Part shown: piece by piece, positions 1 to 9,461 of the stretch
Layout of the letters: the number at the start of each line of letters is the position of its first letter
How positions within the stretch are numbered: the stretch's first letter is position 1
Assembly: GCA_017428025.1 (NCBI GenBank)
Contig: JAFRRO010000028.1
Span: 3,304-67,303, forward strand
Origin: Clostridia bacterium
GTDB taxonomy: Bacteria; Bacillota; Clostridia; Christensenellales; CAG-138
Length of the DNA: 64,000 bases
Reading direction: 5' to 3'
The notes under the pieces: model-generated
What the model was told of the DNA's origin: nothing
What the model saw: the letters and a program-made list of their open reading frames with translations, nothing else
Database searches by the model: none
Position numbers and translations under genes: made by a program

Positions 1-1
1 T

Positions 2-139
2 ATGAACGACTTCGGCGCGATGAACGCCGTGTATCAGGAGCTGTTCGGCACCGAAAACTGCCCCGCACGCGCCGCGATCGAGGTGCGCCGCCTGCCGAAG
101 GACGCGCTGGTGGAGATCGAAGCGATCGCGCTCCGCTGA
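2..139 (+). CDS. RidA/YjgF-family deaminase, C-terminal fragment (5' end lies outside the window)
   Basis: The frame is open from the window edge to TGA at 137-139. The translation ...[38 protein letters not shown] matches the conserved RidA C-terminus. Confidence 0.75.
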   Translation: MNDFGAMNAVYQELFGTENCPARAAIEVRRLPKDALVEIEAIALR

Positions 140-186
140 GCGGATCGCCGCCCGCGGACAGACAAGAAAGAAGGAGGAACGCCTGC

Positions 187-1035
187 ATGTACCGGATCGT
201 AAGCAAACAACCCCTGAACCCGACCGTCACGCAGATGGAGATCGAAGCGCCGCTTGTCGCGAACAAGGCGCTGCCCGGTCAGTTCATCATCCTGCGCGTG
301 GACGAGGAGGGCGAACGCATTCCCCTGACCGTTGCGGGCACGGACAAGGCGCGCGGCACGGTCAAGATCATTTTCCAGATCGTCGGCGCGACGACCGAGC
401 TTCTGAACCATAAGGAGGCGGGCGAATTCCTGCAGGATTTCGTCGGACCGCTCGGCGTACCGACGCACACCGAGGGTGTCAGAAAGGTCTGCATCGTCGG
501 CGGCGGCGTGGGCTGCGCGATCGCAATGCCCGTGGCGCAGGAGTTTCACCGGCTCGGCGCAGAGGTCACCTCGATCATCGGCTTCCGCAGCAGGGACCTG
601 CTGATCCTCGAGGACGAATTCCGCGCCTGTTCGGACCGGCTGATCGTCATGACCGACGACGGCAGCTATGCGCGCCACGGCAACGTCACCGTTCCGCTCA
701 AAGAAATGCTCGAAGCGGGGGAGACGTTTGACATGATCATCACGATCGGACCGTTGATCATGATGAAGTTTGTGACGCTGACCGCAAAGCCGTTCGGCGT
801 GCCGGTCACGGTGTCGATGAACCCGATCATGATCGACGGCACCGGCATGTGCGGCGGCTGCCGCCTGACGCTCATCGAGGACGGCAGACGCGTCACGAAG
901 TTCGCCTGCGTCGACGGACCGGACTTCGACGGATACAAGGTCGATTTCGACGAGGCGATGAGCCGCGGCAGAATGTACGCGGACTATGAACGGCACGCAT
1001 ACGAGGAGACCTGCAATCTCTTCAGACACGCGTAA
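187..1035 (+). CDS. nfnA: NfnA-like ferredoxin-NADP+ oxidoreductase small subunit (PyrK/sulfide dehydrogenase beta-like, FAD plus 2Fe-2S)
   Basis: 282 aa with an FNR-like fold pattern. The C-terminal cluster GTGMCGGCRL...FACVDGP is present. It sits directly upstream of the GltD-like partner, with an SD (GGAGGA) before the ATG. Confidence 0.85.
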   Translation: MYRIVSKQPLNPTVTQMEIEAPLVANKALPGQFIILRVDEEGERIPLTVAGTDKARGTVKIIFQIVGATTELLNHKEAGEFLQDFVGPLGVPTHTEGVRKVCIVGGGVGCAIAMPVAQEFHRLGAEVTSIIGFRSRDLLILEDEFRACSDRLIVMTDDGSYARHGNVTVPLKEMLEAGETFDMIITIGPLIMMKFVTLTAKPFGVPVTVSMNPIMIDGTGMCGGCRLTLIEDGRRVTKFACVDGPDFDGYKVDFDEAMSRGRMYADYERHAYEETCNLFRHA

Positions 1036-1049
1036 AGGAGGGACACGCC

Positions 1050-2456
1050 ATGGCACTGAATCCCAAAAAACACGAAATGCCGACGCAGGCGCCCGAAGTG
1101 CGCGCGCACAATTTCAAGGAGGTTGCGCTCGGCTATCCGGTCGAGATCGCGATCGAGGAAGCCAACCGCTGCCTGAACTGCAAAAACCGTCCGTGCGTCG
1201 CCGGCTGTCCGGTCAACGTCGATATCCCGGGCTTCATCATGAAGATCAAGACCGGCGATTTCGAAGGCGCGTATCAGGTCATCAACGAGACGTCTTCCCT
1301 GCCCGCCGTCTGCGGACGCGTCTGTCCGCAGGAAACGCAGTGCGAAAGCAAGTGCTCGATGGGCATCAGGTTTGAGCCGGTCGGCATCGGCAGGCTCGAA
1401 CGCTTTGTCGCCGATTGGCACAACGCGCACGCGACGGAAAAAGCCGCTGCGCCCGAACCGAACGGACACAAGGTCGCGATCGTGGGCTCGGGACCTTCGG
1501 GACTGACCTGCGCGGGCGATCTTGCAAAGAAGGGCTATTCGGTCTCGGTGTTCGAGGCGCTGCACACCGCGGGCGGCGTGCTCATCTACGGCATACCGGA
1601 ATTCCGTCTGCCGAAGCGCATCGTCGCAAAGGAAGTCGAAACGCTCAAAGAGCTCGGCGTGGACATCGAAACGAACGTCGTCATCGGCAAGACGCTGACG
1701 ATCGACGAGCTGTTCGAAATGGGCTACGAAGCCGTGTTCATCGGCTCCGGCGCGGGGCTTCCGAACTTTATGAACATTCCGGGCGAATCCCTGAAGGGCG
1801 TCTACTCCGCAAACGAATTCCTGACGCGCTCGAATCTCATGAAAGCGTACCTTGACGATCCCAAAACGCCGATCCAGAAAGGCGGCAAGGTCGCTGTGGT
1901 CGGCGGCGGCAACGTCGCAATGGACGCGGCGCGCACCGCGCTGCGGCTCGGCGCGGAGCATGTGTACATCGTCTACCGCCGTTCGATGGACGAGCTTCCG
2001 GCAAGGCGCGAAGAGGTTGAGCACGCGATGGAGGAAGGCATCGACTTCCGGCTTCTGAACAACCCCGTGGAGATCCTCGGATACCGGAATCCCGACGATC
2101 CGCGCGATCCGAAAAACGGCTTTGTCACCGGCATGCGCTGCATCCGCATGGAGCTCGGCGAACCCGACGCAAAGGGACGCCGCCGTCCGGTTCCGATCCC
2201 CGGCAGCGAATTCACGCTCGATGTGGATACGGTCGTCATCGCGATCGGCACAAGCCCGAACCCGCTGATCAAGAACACGACCGCGGGCCTCGAAGTCAAT
2301 TCCCACGGCGGCATCATCGTCAGCGAGGACGGTCTGACTTCCCGCAAGAACGTCTATGCGGGCGGCGACGCCGTCACCGGCGCGGCAACGGTCATCTCCG
2401 CCATGGGCGCAGGCAAGATCGCCGCAAAAGCGATCGACGAGGCGCTGCGGCAATAA
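1050..2456 (+). CDS. nfnB: NfnB-like NADPH-dependent oxidoreductase (GltD/glutamate synthase small-chain family, 2x[4Fe-4S] plus FAD)
   Basis: 468 aa. It has the N-terminal Cys clusters CLNCKNRPCVAGCP and CGRVCPQETQCESKC, and the dinucleotide folds GSGPSGL and VVGGGNVAMD. It is paired with the nfnA-like gene. Confidence 0.9.
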   Translation: MALNPKKHEMPTQAPEVRAHNFKEVALGYPVEIAIEEANRCLNCKNRPCVAGCPVNVDIPGFIMKIKTGDFEGAYQVINETSSLPAVCGRVCPQETQCESKCSMGIRFEPVGIGRLERFVADWHNAHATEKAAAPEPNGHKVAIVGSGPSGLTCAGDLAKKGYSVSVFEALHTAGGVLIYGIPEFRLPKRIVAKEVETLKELGVDIETNVVIGKTLTIDELFEMGYEAVFIGSGAGLPNFMNIPGESLKGVYSANEFLTRSNLMKAYLDDPKTPIQKGGKVAVVGGGNVAMDAARTALRLGAEHVYIVYRRSMDELPARREEVEHAMEEGIDFRLLNNPVEILGYRNPDDPRDPKNGFVTGMRCIRMELGEPDAKGRRRPVPIPGSEFTLDVDTVVIAIGTSPNPLIKNTTAGLEVNSHGGIIVSEDGLTSRKNVYAGGDAVTGAATVISAMGAGKIAAKAIDEALRQ

Positions 2457-2473
2457 TACAGGCATTAAAAAAA

Positions 2474-2499
2474 GGGACAGTCCCGATCGGGGCTGTCCC
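2474..2499. terminator. Bidirectional intrinsic terminator between nfnB (+) and pckA (-)
   Basis: GGGACAGTCCCGA/TCGGGGCTGTCCC forms a 13-bp stem. It is flanked by an A-run (2467-2473) and a T-rich tail. Confidence 0.8.
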
Positions 2500-2512
2500 T
2501 TATCTGTTGCCG

Positions 2513-4111
2513 TTATGCTTTCGGACCTGCGTTCTTGATCGCTTCGGGCATGTCGGGGTACTTCTTTTCGAAGTTTTGCTGGAACATGCCGGCAAGCTTC
2601 TTCGCCTGCGCGTCGTAGGCTTCCTTGTCCGCCCAGAGGTTTCTCGGGTTCATGATCTCCGCGGGCACATCCGCGCCGGGCACGAACGCCGGAACGTCGA
2701 GGTTGAACACGTCGTTGTGCGTAAACGGCACGTTTTCCTTCGCATACGCGTCGTTCAGAGCCGCCGTGATCATCGCGCGGGTATAGCGCAGCTTCATGCG
2801 CGGGTTCTTCGATCCGTCCGGATTGACTGCGGGACCGGAAACCCAGCCGGTGTTGACGAGATAGACCTTGGTGTTGTACTTCTCGATGCGCTCGCCGAGC
2901 ATGCCCGCGTAGACCGAAGCGCGCAGCGGCATGAACGGCTCGCCGAACAGCGTGGAGAACGTCGGAACCGGCTCGTTGATGCCGATTTCGGTGCCCGCGA
3001 CCTTCGAGGTGAAGCCGGTGACGAACTGATACATCGCCGCTTCCTTCGAAAGCAGGGAGATCGGCGGGAGCACGCCGAACGAGTCGCAGGTCAAAAAGAT
3101 CACGACCTTCGGAATGCCGCCGATGCCGGGGATCGCGGCGTTCGGGATGTATTCGACCGGATAGCCGACGCGGCTGTTGATCGCAAGCGACGGATCGGAA
3201 TAGTCCGGCTCGCGCTTGTCGTTGACGACGACGTTTTCGACCAGCGCGCCGAAGCGGATCGCGTGATAAATCTCCGGCTGCTCCTCCTCGACGAGGTCGA
3301 TGCACTTTGCGTAGCAGCCGCCCTCGATGTTGAAGATGCCCTCGTCGTCCCAGCCGTGCTCGTCGTCGCCGATCAGCATGCGGTTCGGGTCGGCGGACAG
3401 CGTCGTTTTGCCGGTACCGGAAAGTCCGAAGAACACCGCGGTTTCTTTCGTTTCGGGATCCATGTTCGCCGAGCAGTGCATCGGAAGCGTGCCCTCCAAA
3501 GGCAGCACGAAGTTCATGGTGGAGAACACGGACTTTTTGATCTCGCCCGCGTACTGGCTGCCCGCAACGAGGATCATGTGCGCTTCATAGTCGATCATGA
3601 TCGCCGCTTCGGAGCGCGTACCGTCGATCTCGGGGCTGCACTTGAAGCCCGGGCACGCGATCAGCGTGTAATCCGGCTCGCCGAAGGACGCCAGCTCCTC
3701 CGCCGTCGGACGAACGAGCAGGTCGCGGATGAACAGCGCTTCGCTTGCATACTCGCAGATGACGCGGAACTTCTTGGCGTATTTCTTGTCCGCACCGGCA
3801 AAGCCGTCGAACACAAACACGTCGCGGCCCTGCAGATACGCAACCATCTTGGACTTGATGGCGTCGAACTTTTCACGCTTGACCGGCACATTGACCTTGC
3901 CCCACGCGATCAGATCGTGTACGCCCTCGCTGTCCACGATGAACTTGTCCTGCGCGCTTCTTCCGGTGTATTTGCCGGTCTTGACGAGCAGCGCGCCGTT
4001 GTCCATGATGACGCCTTCCTTGCGTTCCAGCGCATGCTCATACAGCTCCGGAACCGTCAGATTGCGGTAAACCGCCTTGGGATGGATGATACCGAGATGT
4101 TCGAGATTCAT
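2513..4111 (-). CDS. pckA: Phosphoenolpyruvate carboxykinase (ATP)
   Basis: 532 aa with the kinase-1a motif GLSGTGKTTLS and IGDDEHGW. The full length resembles ATP-PEPCK. Confidence 0.95.
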   Translation of the reverse strand: MNLEHLGIIHPKAVYRNLTVPELYEHALERKEGVIMDNGALLVKTGKYTGRSAQDKFIVDSEGVHDLIAWGKVNVPVKREKFDAIKSKMVAYLQGRDVFVFDGFAGADKKYAKKFRVICEYASEALFIRDLLVRPTAEELASFGEPDYTLIACPGFKCSPEIDGTRSEAAIMIDYEAHMILVAGSQYAGEIKKSVFSTMNFVLPLEGTLPMHCSANMDPETKETAVFFGLSGTGKTTLSADPNRMLIGDDEHGWDDEGIFNIEGGCYAKCIDLVEEEQPEIYHAIRFGALVENVVVNDKREPDYSDPSLAINSRVGYPVEYIPNAAIPGIGGIPKVVIFLTCDSFGVLPPISLLSKEAAMYQFVTGFTSKVAGTEIGINEPVPTFSTLFGEPFMPLRASVYAGMLGERIEKYNTKVYLVNTGWVSGPAVNPDGSKNPRMKLRYTRAMITAALNDAYAKENVPFTHNDVFNLDVPAFVPGADVPAEIMNPRNLWADKEAYDAQAKKLAGMFQQNFEKKYPDMPEAIKNAGPKA

Positions 4112-4332
4112 TTCGTTCGCTCCTTTATAAGATAATCTTTGCGGGGATCGCAGGATGCCGTCCCATTCCTCCCCATCATAATTTCAGTATACTCCTCCCC
4201 GCGCCCGATTGCAAGCACAATTCATGACCGCAAGGCGCAATTCGTGACGGCTTCGCCGTAAATTCATTGATCCGCGAAAAGCTGTCGCTTTTCTGCGTGT
4301 ACTCCTCATCCGCCTTCGCTGACGCTTCGGCA

Positions 4333-4398
4333 CCTTCCCCGCATCAGGGGGAAGGCTTTTGGCTGCGCGTACACAGCGGCTTCCCCTTGAGGAAGCTG
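4333..4398. repeat. Intergenic double-hairpin element (CCTTCCCC-N7-GGGGAAGG and GCTTCC-N6-GGAAGC)
   Basis: Two perfect short stems lie at 4333-4355 and 4379-4396 in the pckA upstream spacer. The spurious translation (..SPHQGEGF..LSTQLTDEV) resembles a recurrent intergenic repeat I recall from high-GC Clostridia, which I have not verified. Confidence 0.4.
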
Positions 4399-4453
4399 TC
4401 AACGCAGTTGACTGATGAGGTGTATCCCTGCGCCGCAAGGCAATTCGTTCCGC

Positions 4454-5017
4454 TCATCGTCCGCCGAACAGCTTCGCGTACCAAAGAAGAACTGTGAGCA
4501 GAACGGACAGCGCCGGAATGCCGACCGCGTTCAAAATCACCGTCAGCGCGCTTCTGTTTTCGATCTGTTGTTTCAGCGTTCCTTTGACCTTTGCGGCATA
4601 CTTCTTTCGGTTCCGGATTTGGTTGCCCCGGTAGAGCGTAAATCTGCGGGAAAAAAGCGCCGGAACCCATGAGAGAAGCGCGCAGATCGTCGACGCTCGG
4701 ACAGCAAACAACGTCCAATCCGACTTGAACCATAGATTTGCAATCGCCGCCGCGACAAGCAGAGCGGAAGAAACGAGGAATACCCAGAACTGTGTATAAT
4801 ATCCGATTGGCACGTCTTTGCGAATGTCCCAGAACAGCAGTTTTTTCATGCTCCCGTATCGCTCCGGAAAGCGAAACAGCTTCTTTGCGCTTCTCCTTCC
4901 GTGGACGAATTCGATATCGTCATGAAAGCGCACGTCGAATGCAATATAACACAGCGGAAGCATCAGCAGATACGCGATCAGCACGCCGACGGACGCCAGG
5001 ATATTGCGAATGATCAC
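4454..5017 (-). CDS. Hypothetical multi-pass membrane protein (187 aa)
   Basis: I trimmed the track ORF to the GTG at 5017, which is preceded by AAAGGAGA. Hydrophobic segments are evident, and it starts 14 nt after the upstream gene's stop. Confidence 0.6.
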   Translation of the reverse strand: MIIRNILASVGVLIAYLLMLPLCYIAFDVRFHDDIEFVHGRRSAKKLFRFPERYGSMKKLLFWDIRKDVPIGYYTQFWVFLVSSALLVAAAIANLWFKSDWTLFAVRASTICALLSWVPALFSRRFTLYRGNQIRNRKKYAAKVKGTLKQQIENRSALTVILNAVGIPALSVLLTVLLWYAKLFGGR

Positions 5018-5030
5018 AGGATTTCTCCTT

Positions 5031-5441
5031 TCATGAAACGGTCGGATTTCTATTGAGCCCGTTCCGGTAAAACAGGATGCGCAAAAGCACAACAACGATT
5101 GCTTTGCCGCCGCATACGGCGACCCAGATCCAAAGAAGCGGCAGCCGTTTCGAAACAATCGTGAACAGCAGAAACGCATCGGCAAGCAGTGCGACAACCG
5201 CATATCCGGTATAAAACCTTTGAATCCTCTGCGCCGTCTCCGCCGCTTTGCATTCCGCCGCGATCGGGGTAAGCGTGAGCCTGTCCCGAAGCGACAGTTC
5301 CTGCAGACGTTCCGTCCGTTTCTTCTTTCGGTCAGCCTTTCCGCAGCTGCCGAAACGCATCGCAAGCAGCACTCGACGGAAGCTGTACAGAACCAGTCCG
5401 TCGAGCAGCAGGACCGAAAGCATGAGCAAAGCTTGTTTCAA
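5031..5441 (-). CDS. Hypothetical membrane protein (136 aa)
   Basis: It has an N-terminal TM segment (LLMLSVLLLDGLVLY) and two C-terminal TM segments. It forms an operon with 4454-5017. Confidence 0.55.
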   Translation of the reverse strand: MKQALLMLSVLLLDGLVLYSFRRVLLAMRFGSCGKADRKKKRTERLQELSLRDRLTLTPIAAECKAAETAQRIQRFYTGYAVVALLADAFLLFTIVSKRLPLLWIWVAVCGGKAIVVVLLRILFYRNGLNRNPTVS

Positions 5442-5544
5442 GTTTAATACCTGTCCTTCCGTGTTCTCCGATCAAGAAACAAAACGGTTGTTTCCGAAAA
5501 AGGCGGGAATTGCCGTTTTGGAATCTTTTCTGTGATACCATTCT

Positions 5545-5576
5545 AACAAAAGGGACCGTGTCTGTAAACCGGTCCC
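5545..5576 (-). terminator. Intrinsic terminator downstream of the 5633-6526 gene
   Basis: The stem is GGGACCG-N11-CGGTCCC (5552-5576). On the minus strand it is followed by TTTTGTT. Confidence 0.7.
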
Positions 5577-5632
5577 GTTCGAAAATAGACTGTCGTATTC
5601 TGTGAAAAACGCGGAATTACGGCCGCCGCGCG

Positions 5633-6526
5633 TCACTCCTGCGCGATCTCCTGCTTGAGGCATTCGCGCATGTACAGGATGCAGTATTCCTCGAAGGATT
5701 CTTCGTCCTCGGCGCTCGAAAGGAGCGCGCGCAGGGCGCGGTAGGGGATCACGATGTCGCCGGTGCGGTCGAGACGGCTGTTGGTCGCCGCCATGTGCAT
5801 GATGACCTCGCGCATGTCCTTTGCGTTGTACGCCTCGAAAAAGGACTTGCTCGCCTTGTTGCGGTAGCGCTCGCGCGAACCGTTGTGCAGGACGCGCAGC
5901 ACGAACGCGATGCCGTAGGTCAGCGGCAGAAACGCCGAGAGCGAGATCCATTCCGGAGCGCGCGTGAGAAAGCCGTAGAAGTCGTTCCAGCCGCCGCGGT
6001 CCTCGCCGACGATCTTGACGAGCGTGTAGTAGACGCAGGCGTAGATGAACACGGGGATCAGGCAGAAGAACGTCGTCGTCCGCTTGATGCGAAGATCCTT
6101 CAGGACGAAGCAGAACGTGACGATGGACAGGATCGGGCAGAGCCCGTGCAGGAAGAAGCGCGAGCCGGTGAAGATCAGCACAAAGCCCTTGACCGGCGCG
6201 AGCACGAACAGCGAAATCAGAAACGTCAGCGACAGCGCGGTCGTCGCAACGAACAGCACGATCACGAGCCAGTCCGGCAGGCGGAAATACTGCCTGCGGA
6301 TGCCGTCGATCGCGTACGGAACGACCAGAAACATCGAGACGCCCATCAGGATGTTGGAATTGACGGTGAACATGCAGAACGTCCGGATCCCCATGTGGTC
6401 GAAGTTCTCGTCGTACAGCGTCGTGAGATTCATGACGACGCCGACGCACACGCAGATCACGACCGCCGCCGAAAACAGCAGCGTTATCACGCATTTGCTC
6501 CGATTGATCTTTTGAATACGGTTCAT
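5633..6526 (-). CDS. Multi-pass membrane protein with a cytoplasmic C-terminal tail; paralog of 48853-49788 (possibly Pr6Pr/FAR-17a-like)
   Basis: I chose the ATG at 6526 because it has GGGAGGA/GGGGGA upstream. It shares motifs with the second copy: PYA(I/V)DG(I/L)R, LP(D/R)W, LH..CP(I/L)LSI and GED.GGW.D. Confidence 0.7.
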   Translation of the reverse strand: MNRIQKINRSKCVITLLFSAAVVICVCVGVVMNLTTLYDENFDHMGIRTFCMFTVNSNILMGVSMFLVVPYAIDGIRRQYFRLPDWLVIVLFVATTALSLTFLISLFVLAPVKGFVLIFTGSRFFLHGLCPILSIVTFCFVLKDLRIKRTTTFFCLIPVFIYACVYYTLVKIVGEDRGGWNDFYGFLTRAPEWISLSAFLPLTYGIAFVLRVLHNGSRERYRNKASKSFFEAYNAKDMREVIMHMAATNSRLDRTGDIVIPYRALRALLSSAEDEESFEEYCILYMRECLKQEIAQE

Positions 6527-6683
6527 ATCGATCCCCCGATCCTCCCGATAGTGCGGCAGTTCCATCCATTTACCATAGTATATAAATCGGCGTCTGCTGT
6601 CAAGTGGCGGGTGAACTTCGCGAATCGGCGCGGATTGTGAAGTTTGAGTGGCAATTTGCCAAGACCTGTGTTATAATGGTAGT

Positions 6684-7955
6684 ATGAAAAGAGTTTGGTG
6701 TCTGCTGCTGATCGCATTCGTCTTGCTCGGCTGCGTAGGGGAGGACGCGCCGGTTGTTCTGATGCCTTCGCCCGTTGCGGAGGCAACGCCCGTCGAAACA
6801 CAGGCGTCCGCCGCGCCTGCGCCGACGCCCGCGCCGACCGCCGTCCCGACCGCAGCGCCGACCGAAGCGCCGACCGCGACGCCGACGCCGTCGTTTGAGG
6901 ACCGGCTGCGGACGTACATCGACACGATGACGGTCGAGGAAAAGATCGGGCAGCTCTGCATGTTCGGCTTCTCCGGCACGCGGGAGATCAGCTCGGAGTT
7001 CAAGGCGATCCTCCGGGAATACCGCATCGGCAACGTGATCCTCTACGGGCAGAACATGGCGCGCACCAATTCGGACGGCGGCTTTTCGCAATGCCGGAAG
7101 CTCAGCGACAGCGTGCGAAAGGCGAGCGACAGCGAAATCCCGCTTTTGATCAGCACCGACGTCGAAGGCGGCAGCGTGACGCGCTTCAAATGGAAGAAAT
7201 CGCTTTCAAGCGCGCGAACGCTCGGCAAGAAGAACGACACGGACCTTGCCGAGGAGCAGTTCCGCTACATTGCGGAAGGGCTTTTGTCCGCCGGCATCAA
7301 CACCGACCTTGCGCCGTGTCTCGACGTGTGCAGGGAACCGGAGGACAGCTTCCTCGGCAAGCGCATCATCTCCGCGGATGCGGAGCGCGCGGCGCGCATC
7401 GGCGTCGCCTGCATCGAAGGACTGCACGACGGCGGGTGCCTGTCGATCGTCAAGCACTTCCCCGGTCACGGCGCGACGAACACCGATTCGCACGAGTCGA
7501 CGCCGACGGTCAACAAATCGCTCGACGCCCTGTCGCTCTATGAGCTTGTGCCGTTCGCCGAAGGCCTGAAATCCGCGGACGGCGTCATGGTGGCGCACAT
7601 CCGGTATCCGAAGATCGACGAGGAGCACATCGCAAGCCAGTCGGAGGTGTTCATCACCGAGATTCTGCGCGAATCGTTCGGCTTCGACGGCATCGTCATG
7701 AGCGACGATTTCCGCATGGCGGGGCTCCGCAAACAGACGTCGCCGAAGGACGGCGCCGTGCAGTTCATTCTGGCGGGCGGCGATCTCATTCTGTGCGGGG
7801 CGAATCACACATACCAGAAGCAGATTCTGGCGGGACTGTACGCCGCGGTCGAAGACGGAACGATCTCGGAAGCGCGGCTCAACGAAAGCGTATACCGGAT
7901 CCTCTCGGCGAAGATTCGCGTCACGGGATGGGATCCGTTTGAAAATGAGGATTGA
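6684..7955 (+). CDS. Glycoside hydrolase family 3 beta-N-acetylhexosaminidase (NagZ-like) lipoprotein
   Basis: It has a lipobox signal peptide (MKRVWCLLLIAFVLLGC), a Pro/Thr/Ala linker and the GH3 motif KHFPGHG. The ATG at 6684 is preferred over the GTG at 6648. Confidence 0.88.
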   Translation: MKRVWCLLLIAFVLLGCVGEDAPVVLMPSPVAEATPVETQASAAPAPTPAPTAVPTAAPTEAPTATPTPSFEDRLRTYIDTMTVEEKIGQLCMFGFSGTREISSEFKAILREYRIGNVILYGQNMARTNSDGGFSQCRKLSDSVRKASDSEIPLLISTDVEGGSVTRFKWKKSLSSARTLGKKNDTDLAEEQFRYIAEGLLSAGINTDLAPCLDVCREPEDSFLGKRIISADAERAARIGVACIEGLHDGGCLSIVKHFPGHGATNTDSHESTPTVNKSLDALSLYELVPFAEGLKSADGVMVAHIRYPKIDEEHIASQSEVFITEILRESFGFDGIVMSDDFRMAGLRKQTSPKDGAVQFILAGGDLILCGANHTYQKQILAGLYAAVEDGTISEARLNESVYRILSAKIRVTGWDPFENED

Positions 7956-7966
7956 GGGAGAAACAA

Positions 7967-9454
7967 ATGGCAAGGATCGGATTTGACAACGACAAATACA
8001 TCTCGATGCAGTCGCAGAAGATTCTCGAACGCATCGAAAAGTTCGGGGACAAGCTGTATCTGGAATTCGGCGGCAAGCTCTTCGACGACTACCACGCCTC
8101 GCGCGTGCTGCCGGGCTTCGCGCCGGACAGCAAGATCCGCATGCTCGAACAGCTCAGGGACAGCGCCGAGATCATCATCGCGATCCACGCGGGCGACATC
8201 GAGCACAACAAGGTGCGCAACGATCTGGACATCGCCTACGACCGCGAGGTTCTGCGGCTGATCGACGCGTTCCGGAGCAAGGGGCTGCTCGTTTCGGGCG
8301 TGGTCATCACGCGGTATCACAATCAGGCGGCGGTCGATGCGTTCCAGGAAAAGCTCGAACGCCTCGGCGTCAAGGTGTATCTGCACTATCCGATCGCGGG
8401 ATATCCGCAAAATCCGTCGCTGATCCTGAGTCCGGAGGGGTTCGGAAAGAATCAGTTCGTGGAAACGACGCGTCCGCTCGTCGTCGTCACCGCGCCCGGT
8501 CCCGGCAGCGGCAAGCTTGCGGTGTGCCTCTCGCAGGTCTATCAGGAGTACACGCGCGGCGTGCGCGCGGGCTACGCGAAGTTCGAAACGTTCCCGATCT
8601 GGAACCTGCCGGTTACGCATCCGGTCAACCTCGCCTATGAAGCGGCGACGACCGACCTCGACGACGTGAACATGATCGATCCGTTCCATCTCGAAGCGTA
8701 CGGCAAGATGACGACGAACTACAACCGCGACGTCGAATCCTTCCCGGTGCTCAATACGATGTTCGAGCATATCTACGGCACCTCGCCGTACAAATCGCCG
8801 ACCGATATGGGCGTCAATATGGCGGGCTTCTGCATCACCGACGAAGAAGCGGTGCGCAAAGCCGCGTGCAGCGAAATCATCCGCCGCTATTACAACGCGG
8901 CGTGCGCGTACAAGCGCGGTCTGATCGGACGCGAGCAGATCGACAAGGCGGAGTTCATCATGACACGCGCGGGCGTGACGGTCGCCGACCGTCCGGTCGT
9001 GGCGGCGGCTCTGGCGCGCGCCAGGGAAACCGACGGTCCCGCCATGGCGATCGAGCTTGAGGACGGCACGATCGTAACCGGCAAGAACGGCACCATGATG
9101 GGCGCCGCGGCGGGCGCGCTGATGAACGCCATGAAGGCGCTCGCCGGCATTCAGTCCGACATCGATCTCATCGCGCCGATCGTGCTTCAGCCGATCCGCG
9201 AGCTCAAAACCAATCATTTCGGCAGCGAAAACCCGCTGCTGCACAGCGACGAACTGCTGTATGCGCTTTGCATCTGCGCAACCACCAACCCGACCGCCGC
9301 GCGCGCCATGAAGGCGCTCGACGCGCTCAAGGGACTCGAGGCGCATTCGAGCGTGATGCTCGCTCGCGTGGATCTCGAGGTCTACCGCCGTCTCGGTCTG
9401 AACCTGACCTGCGAACCGCAGCGCAGGACCAACCGGCTGTTCGACAAGAACTGA
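7967..9454 (+). CDS. DUF1846 (UPF0371) family protein
   Basis: The N-terminus MARIGFDNDKYISMQSQKILERI..LYLEFGGKLFDDYHASRVLPGF is typical of UPF0371. GAGGGAG precedes the ATG at 7967. Confidence 0.85.
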   Translation: MARIGFDNDKYISMQSQKILERIEKFGDKLYLEFGGKLFDDYHASRVLPGFAPDSKIRMLEQLRDSAEIIIAIHAGDIEHNKVRNDLDIAYDREVLRLIDAFRSKGLLVSGVVITRYHNQAAVDAFQEKLERLGVKVYLHYPIAGYPQNPSLILSPEGFGKNQFVETTRPLVVVTAPGPGSGKLAVCLSQVYQEYTRGVRAGYAKFETFPIWNLPVTHPVNLAYEAATTDLDDVNMIDPFHLEAYGKMTTNYNRDVESFPVLNTMFEHIYGTSPYKSPTDMGVNMAGFCITDEEAVRKAACSEIIRRYYNAACAYKRGLIGREQIDKAEFIMTRAGVTVADRPVVAAALARARETDGPAMAIELEDGTIVTGKNGTMMGAAAGALMNAMKALAGIQSDIDLIAPIVLQPIRELKTNHFGSENPLLHSDELLYALCICATTNPTAARAMKALDALKGLEAHSSVMLARVDLEVYRRLGLNLTCEPQRRTNRLFDKN

Positions 9455-9461
9455 TCCTGCA

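Noticed and set aside
984-3305. Very long ORFs in the supplied track: 984-3305(-), 2507-4135(+), 7805-9733(-), 14997-16994(+), 30114-32486(+), 34339-37338(+), 50108-52105(-), 54629-56350(-) and many 100-400-aa neighbours.
   Set aside because: They run antisense or out of frame to genes with clear homology. They are extremely Arg/Ala/Gly/His/Asp-rich, lack SD sequences and have no motifs. These are typical shadow ORFs of high-G+C DNA.
4454-5365. The 303-aa form of the membrane-protein ORF, and the extended forms of several other ORFs (18843-19700, 19490-20314, 20361-21062, 21684-22418, 25575-26966, 47007-47912, 48730-49788, 56702-57811).
   Set aside because: The N-terminal extensions are Arg-rich and overlap the upstream gene or a riboswitch. 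Internal starts with an SD sequence and proper signal peptides exist, so the shorter coordinates are used.
6648-6683. The GTG at 6648 as the start of the GH3 gene (12 extra residues).
   Set aside because: It has no SD, and the extension would bury the lipoprotein signal peptide. The ATG at 6684 gives a canonical n-region and lipobox.
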